From assembly GCA_963824605.1 (NCBI GenBank), contig CAWGPZ010000006.1:72673-136672 (forward strand): a stretch of DNA of 64,000 nucleotides. Reading direction: 5' to 3'. The translations under genes and the position numbers were made by a program. The notes beneath the pieces are model-generated. The model did no database searches and was not told where the DNA came from. It was given only the letters and a program-made list of their open reading frames with translations. This DNA is from an uncultured Actinomycetota bacterium. Its GTDB lineage: Bacteria; Actinomycetota; Actinomycetes; JAHEKZ01. Each line of letters starts with the position of its first letter. Within the stretch, counting starts at the first letter, position 1. Positions 59,589-64,000 of this stretch are shown piece by piece.

Positions 59589-59674
59589 AGGTCAATAGCC
59601 TAAGGCTGAACGGCACCGGCGTCGCATCGACGGGACCCAAGGCGCGACCCGGAACGGCGCCTGGGGCAATCACG

Positions 59675-60383
59675 GTGCAGACTTCGGGTGTGACTCGCGC
59701 CCAGTTGGACAAGCAACCGTTCGACGTTGCGCGCATGTTCGATGACGTCGCCGCCAAGTACGACGTCACCAACGACATCCTTTCGCTGGGTCAGGACCGT
59801 CGGTGGCGGCAGTGCGGTCGTGGAGGCGCTGGATCCGCAGGCGGGCGAGCGGATCCTCGACCTGGCGGCGGGGACGGGCACGTCGTCCGAGCCGCTGAGC
59901 AGGCGGGGAGCGTTCGTCGTCCCGTGCGACTTCTCGCAGGGCATGCTGGCGGTGGGGAAGGAGCGCCGTCCAGAGCTGGCCTTCGTGGCCGGTGACGGGT
60001 TGCAGCTGCCGTTCGCTGACGCCAGCTTCGACGGGGTCACGATCTCGTTCGGGCTGCGGAACCTGCACGACACCGAGGCAGGGCTCGCTGAACTGTTGCG
60101 CGTGACGCGTCCGGGCGGGCGGATCGTCGTGTGCGAGTTCAGCCAGCCGGTATGGGGCCCATTTCGCACGGTCTACAGCGAGTACCTGATGCGCGCCCTG
60201 CCCCCCACAGCCCGGGCGGTGTCCAGCAACCCCGAGGCGTACGTGTATCTCGCGGAGTCGATCAGGGCCTGGCCCGACCAACCGCACCTGGCTGCGCTCA
60301 TGCAGCAAGCAGGGTGGTCGTCGGTCGCCTGGCGCAACCTCTCCGGGGGCATCGTGGCCCTGCACCGCGGATTCGCCCTCTAA
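59675..60383 (+). pseudogene. menG: Demethylmenaquinone methyltransferase (UbiE/MenG) with 1-nt frame disruption near 59811-59815
   Basis: ORF 59675..59995 gives ..[31 protein letters not shown] and then nonsense. ORF 59727..60383 gives the rest: [43 protein letters not shown]. The join falls at CGGCAG-T-GCGGTC. Confidence 0.8.
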
Positions 60384-60410
60384 CCCCTGCGGCGCCCCTC
60401 GCCACATTTC

Positions 60411-60546
60411 GGGGCCATGACACACCCGTTCGGAAAGACCGAACTATCTGCGTCATCATCGATCCACAGATCTCTTCAGGGCGACGGGTGGGTGGCGCGG
60501 CGGCTCGAAATGACCGAACCGGTGTGTCATGGCCCCGAAACTGGGG
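60411..60546. repeat. MITE-like intergenic repeat, copy 3 (inverted relative to copies 1 and 2; TIR-to-TIR 60411..60536)
   Basis: The 16-bp TIRs are GGGGCCATGACACACC ... GGTGTGTCATGGCCCC. The internal CGAAATGACCGAAC modules are reverse complements of those in copies 1 and 2. A trailing CCCC-gaaact-GGGG hairpin follows. It lies between menG and the menJ-like gene. Confidence 0.8.
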
Positions 60547-60678
60547 TGGGGGCGGGTAGCCCTGGGGTCGCTGTCCATTGTCGGAAATCCGTGGAGGGCA
60601 ATACACTGGCGTTCGCTCGTGAATGCATTCACAAAGTCGATCATCCCGCCGATCACCCCTGTCTCCTGAGGACGCCGC

Positions 60679-61959
60679 GTGCCACTCCCCACTAGCGACC
60701 GCAGCGCCGACGTCATCGTCGTCGGGGCCGGCCCCGCCGGCTCCGCCACTGCCTACCACCTCGCGCAGGCCGGCCTTGACGTCCTTCTCCTCGAGAAGAC
60801 GGCTTTCCCGCGCGAGAAGGTCTGTGGCGACGGGTTCACTCCGCGTGCCGTCAAGCAGATCCTTGCCATGGGCATCGACCCCGACCCGGCCAACGGGTGG
60901 ATCCGCAACCAAGGCCTGCGGATCATCGGCGGCGGCATGCGCCTCGAGCTGCCCTGGCCAGAACTGGCGTCCTTTCCCGACTACGGATTGGTCCGCACCC
61001 GCGAGGACTTCGACGAGATCTTGGCCCGGCAGGCCCAGAAGGCGGGCGCACGCCTGCACGAGCGCACTGCTGTCACTGGCCCCGTGCTGGACGCCCTCGG
61101 CCGCATCGTGGGCGTCTCGGCCCGCACCTCGGACGCCGACGGAAGCAAGGGCGACGAGCTCGAGTTCCGGGCGCCCCTGGTGGTCGCGGCCGACGGCAAC
61201 TCCACCCGGCTGTCGCTCGCGATGGGCCTCCGCAAGAGGGACGACCGCCCCATGGGTGTGGCCGTCCGCACCTACTACACCAGCCCGCGCACCCACGACG
61301 ACTGGCTCGAGTCATGGCTCGAGCTGTGGGACGGCGACCGGTTGCTCCCCGGCTACGGGTGGATCTTCGGCGTCGGCGACGGCACCGTGAACGCCGGGCT
61401 CGGCATCCTCAACTCCTCCACCGCGTTCGGAAAGGTCGACTACAAGGACCTGCTGCGCAGGTGGCTCGACACCACTCCCGAGGAGTGGGGCTTCCGCGAA
61501 GAGAACCGCACTCAGCCGATCCGTGGCGCCGCACTGCCCATGGGCTTCAACCGGACGCCGCACTACACCCGCGGTCTCGTGCTGGTCGGCGACGCCGGCG
61601 GCATGGTCAACCCCTTCAACGGCGAGGGCATCGCCTATGCCATGGAGTCCGGAGCCATGGCTGCCGAGACCATCGTGCAGGCGCTCGGACGCCCCACCGA
61701 TGATGCCCGAGAGCGCGCGCTCGAGGCCTACCCTGCGGCGCTGAAGGACGCCTACGGCGGCTACTACACGCTGGGCCGGGTGTTCGTGAAGATGATCGGT
61801 AACCCGAACGTCATGAAGCTCGCCACGCGCCATGGGCTCCCACATCCGGTGCTGATGCGGTTCACCCTCAAACTGCTGGCGAACCTCACCGATCCTCGCG
61901 ACGGCGATGCGATGGACAAGGTGATCAACGCCATGACGAAGGTTGCTCCGGCCGCGTGA
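60679..61959 (+). CDS. Geranylgeranyl reductase family flavoprotein (menaquinone isoprenoid reductase, MenJ-like)
   Basis: 426-aa ORF with VIVVGAGPAGSATAYHLAQAG, LLEK..REKVCGDG and GDAGGMVNPFNGEGI. Its position matches Rv0561c in the conserved synteny. Confidence 0.8.
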   Translation: MPLPTSDRSADVIVVGAGPAGSATAYHLAQAGLDVLLLEKTAFPREKVCGDGFTPRAVKQILAMGIDPDPANGWIRNQGLRIIGGGMRLELPWPELASFPDYGLVRTREDFDEILARQAQKAGARLHERTAVTGPVLDALGRIVGVSARTSDADGSKGDELEFRAPLVVAADGNSTRLSLAMGLRKRDDRPMGVAVRTYYTSPRTHDDWLESWLELWDGDRLLPGYGWIFGVGDGTVNAGLGILNSSTAFGKVDYKDLLRRWLDTTPEEWGFREENRTQPIRGAALPMGFNRTPHYTRGLVLVGDAGGMVNPFNGEGIAYAMESGAMAAETIVQALGRPTDDARERALEAYPAALKDAYGGYYTLGRVFVKMIGNPNVMKLATRHGLPHPVLMRFTLKLLANLTDPRDGDAMDKVINAMTKVAPAA

Positions 61960-62071
61960 CAGGCGCTCACCACCCCACCCCGGGACATGTCAGCAGCCGC
62001 CGCCCTAGGATGAACGGCGGTCCGTGGCCTACGTCTGGGGTCGACGCTGGATCCGAAGGGAGTAGCGCGCT

Positions 62072-62431
62072 GTGAACCCGATCGTTCCGATCCTGTTTCT
62101 TGGCCTCCTGGCCTTTGGTTTTGCAGCCTTCTCGATCGTGGCCGGGTCGCTGTCTGGCCCCAAGCGCTACAGCCGCGTCAAGCTCGATTCCTATGAATGT
62201 GGGATCGAGCCGACACCGCAGCCCATCGGGGGCGGCCGGTTTCCCGTCAAGTACTTCCTGACCGCGATGCTCTTCATCCTGTTCGACATCGAGATCGTCT
62301 TCCTCTACCCATGGGCGGTCGCTTTCGACCAGCTGGCGATCTTCGGACTCATCGAGATGCTGCTGTTCATCCTGACGCTGGGCGTTGCGTTCGGCTACGT
62401 GTGGCGACGCGGGGGACTCGAATGGGACTAG
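62072..62431 (+). CDS. nuoA: NADH-quinone oxidoreductase subunit A
   Basis: 119-aa 3-TM ORF with YECGIEP and FDIEIVFLYPW motifs. Confidence 0.9.
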   Translation: MNPIVPILFLGLLAFGFAAFSIVAGSLSGPKRYSRVKLDSYECGIEPTPQPIGGGRFPVKYFLTAMLFILFDIEIVFLYPWAVAFDQLAIFGLIEMLLFILTLGVAFGYVWRRGGLEWD

Positions 62432-62440
62432 CACCTCGAT

Positions 62441-63037
62441 TTGATTTGGCGCACGGTCGACCTCACAGCGAGAGGCACCACGATGGGTCTTGAGGAACAG
62501 CTGCCGAGTGGGTTCATGCTCACGACGGTCGAGAAGTTCGCCGGGTGGGCCCGGTCCGGCTCACTGTGGCCGGCCACTTTCGGACTGGCCTGCTGTGCGA
62601 TCGAGATGATGGCGACCGGTGCCGGACGCTACGACCTGGCTCGCTTCGGCATGGAGGTCTTCCGGGCCTCACCACGTCAGGCTGACCTGATGATCGTGGC
62701 CGGCCGGGTCAGCCAGAAGATGGCTCCGGTTCTGCGCCAGATCTACGACCAGATGGGCGAACCCAAGTGGGTCATCTCCATGGGCGCCTGCGCATCCAGC
62801 GGCGGCATGTTCAACAACTACGCGATCGTGCAGGGCGTCGACCACATCGTTCCCGTCGACATCTACCTTCCCGGGTGCCCTCCGCGGCCCGAGCAGCTGC
62901 TGGACGCCATCTTGAAGCTTCACGAGCAGATCAAGAACGAGAAGCTCGGCGCCCAACGGGTCGAGTGGCAGCGCGAGCTCGAGGCGTCGGCTCTCACCGC
63001 TGTTCCCACCAGCGAGATGAAGGGCCTGCTCCGGTGA
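62441..63037 (+). CDS. nuoB: NADH-quinone oxidoreductase subunit B
   Basis: It has the N2 cluster Cys motifs [18 protein letters not shown] and LPGCPPRP. The start is uncertain (62441 or ATG 62484). Confidence 0.9.
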   Translation: MIWRTVDLTARGTTMGLEEQLPSGFMLTTVEKFAGWARSGSLWPATFGLACCAIEMMATGAGRYDLARFGMEVFRASPRQADLMIVAGRVSQKMAPVLRQIYDQMGEPKWVISMGACASSGGMFNNYAIVQGVDHIVPVDIYLPGCPPRPEQLLDAILKLHEQIKNEKLGAQRVEWQRELEASALTAVPTSEMKGLLR

Positions 63038-63732
63038 GCGAGCACGAGACCACGCCAGAGGTCGTCCCAGCCGGAACGCCCACCATCGATGTCGTCGATG
63101 TCCGATCCGGCATGTTCGGTGCCGGTGATGGCGGCGACACCTCGGGGTTCGGCGGCCTGGTGCGCACCGTGTCGGTGGCACCAGCTGCGAGTCGTCCCTA
63201 TGGAGGGTGGTTCGACGAGGTGGCAGACGCTCTCGAGCGCGCCTACCCGCAGTTCGCCGAAGCCATCGAGAAGGTTGTTGTCGAGTTCGACGAGATCACC
63301 TTGCACATCCGCCGTCAGCACCTCCGCGAGGTCGCCCAGGTGCTGCGCGACGACGCCGCCCTGCGCTTTGAGATGTGCATGGGCGTCAGCGGTGTGCACT
63401 GGCCAGGTGACACAGACCGTGAGCTGCACGCCGTCTATCCGTTGCTGTCATATACGCACAACAGGCGCATCAAGCTCGAGGTCTCCTGCCCCGACTCAGA
63501 TCCGCACATTCCGTCGCTCTACGACGTCTACCCCACCAACGACTGGCACGAGCGCGAGACGTACGACTTCTTCGGCATCATCTTCGACGGGCACCCGTCG
63601 TTGACACGAGTCCTGATGCCAGACGACTGGTCGGGCCACCCTCAGCGCAAGGACTACACGCTCGGAGGCATTCCGGTCGAGTACAAGGGCGCCGAGATCG
63701 CACCGCCGGACGAGCGGAGGCACTACTCCTGA
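63034..63732 (+). CDS. nuoC: NADH-quinone oxidoreductase subunit C
   Basis: Internal GTG of ORF 62767..63732, overlapping the nuoB stop. It has [16 protein letters not shown] and [14 protein letters not shown] motifs. Confidence 0.9.
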   Translation: MSEHETTPEVVPAGTPTIDVVDVRSGMFGAGDGGDTSGFGGLVRTVSVAPAASRPYGGWFDEVADALERAYPQFAEAIEKVVVEFDEITLHIRRQHLREVAQVLRDDAALRFEMCMGVSGVHWPGDTDRELHAVYPLLSYTHNRRIKLEVSCPDSDPHIPSLYDVYPTNDWHERETYDFFGIIFDGHPSLTRVLMPDDWSGHPQRKDYTLGGIPVEYKGAEIAPPDERRHYS

Positions 63733-64000
63733 TGACCACCACCGGCCCATACGAGACCGAGGGCGCCGCGGACACCGACGCCGACCCGTACGCCGAGTCC
63801 CGGGCAACCACCGAAGGTCGCGTCTACACCGTGAGTGGCGGCGACTGGGACGCCTTTGCCGCTGAAGCGGCCGAGATGGCCGAAGGATCGCTGGTCGTCA
63901 ACATGGGGCCCCAGCACCCGTCCACACACGGAGTGCTGCGGCTGATTCTGCAGATCGAGGGCGAGACCGTCACCGACACCCGCTGCGGTGTCGGCTATTT
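63732..64000 (+). CDS. nuoD: NADH-quinone oxidoreductase subunit D, N-terminal fragment (runs off window end)
   Basis: My translation from the ATG at 63732 gives [38 protein letters not shown]. Confidence 0.9.
   Translation, partial: MTTTGPYETEGAADTDADPYAESRATTEGRVYTVSGGDWDAFAAEAAEMAEGSLVVNMGPQHPSTHGVLRLILQIEGETVTDTRCGVGY

Noticed and set aside
61960-62071. Search for a Rex operator or other obvious palindrome upstream of nuoA.
   Set aside because: No TTGTGAA/TTCACAA-like element or strong inverted repeat is seen in the 110-bp leader. I make no claim here.
1-64000. Scan for rRNA, tRNA, CRISPR arrays, IS elements or transposases, integrases, prophage genes or toxin-antitoxin pairs.
   Set aside because: I recognised none by eye. 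There are no regularly spaced direct repeats, no cloverleaf-like segments in the few intergenic gaps, and no DDE, tyrosine or serine recombinase motifs in any frame. I could not run a covariance-model search (tRNAscan or Infernal), which would be needed for certainty.

Overview
This is a high-GC actinobacterial chromosome segment; I did not compute the GC value. The gene order matches the conserved actinobacterial block known from Mycobacterium tuberculosis Rv0500A to Rv0562. A Nocardioides-like or Propionibacteriales origin is only a guess.

Backbone genes, in order:
- a partial TrkH-family K+ transporter
- a MacAB-like adaptor, ATPase and permease
- an AcuC-type deacetylase
- an HTH protein plus an unlisted 32-aa ribosomal protein bS22, then an epimerase and an acyltransferase
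- rex-hemA-hemC-(cobA/hemD)-hemB, an ABC-2 transporter, and hemL
- a phosphatase, then resA-ccdA, an HhH-GPD gene, resB and ccsB
- an Lrp regulator, and an MFS transporter with its TetR regulator
- menaquinone genes menA, menE, menB, menC, menD, then menF, menG and a menJ-like reductase
- the start of the nuo operon (nuoA-D)

Between menD and menF lies an accessory block of about 22 kb (36.5-58.3 kb). It encodes a choline to glycine betaine to dimethylglycine to sarcosine route:
- betA and betB
- a ProVWX/OpuA-type betaine ABC importer
- a non-pyrrolysine MttB-family methyltransferase
- one ORF combining a B12-binding corrinoid module, a Cys-rich MTHFR_C-like module and a pterin-binding methyltransferase module
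- IclR and GntR regulators
- an 839-aa dimethylglycine dehydrogenase-type enzyme with etfBA

I consider the corrinoid-dependent, tetrahydrofolate-linked betaine demethylation module the most interesting candidate system in an apparently aerobic actinobacterium.

Two other results stand out:
- A MITE-like, hairpin-rich repeat of about 126 bp with 15-16 bp terminal inverted repeats occurs three times. Each copy is intergenic.
- At least eight single-nucleotide frame disruptions split otherwise well-conserved genes: the macB-like ATPase, the plsC-like gene, menA (twice), menC, mttB, betA and menG. These indicate either indel-type assembly error or real gene decay.

I saw no rRNA, tRNA, CRISPR array, transposase, integrase or phage genes.
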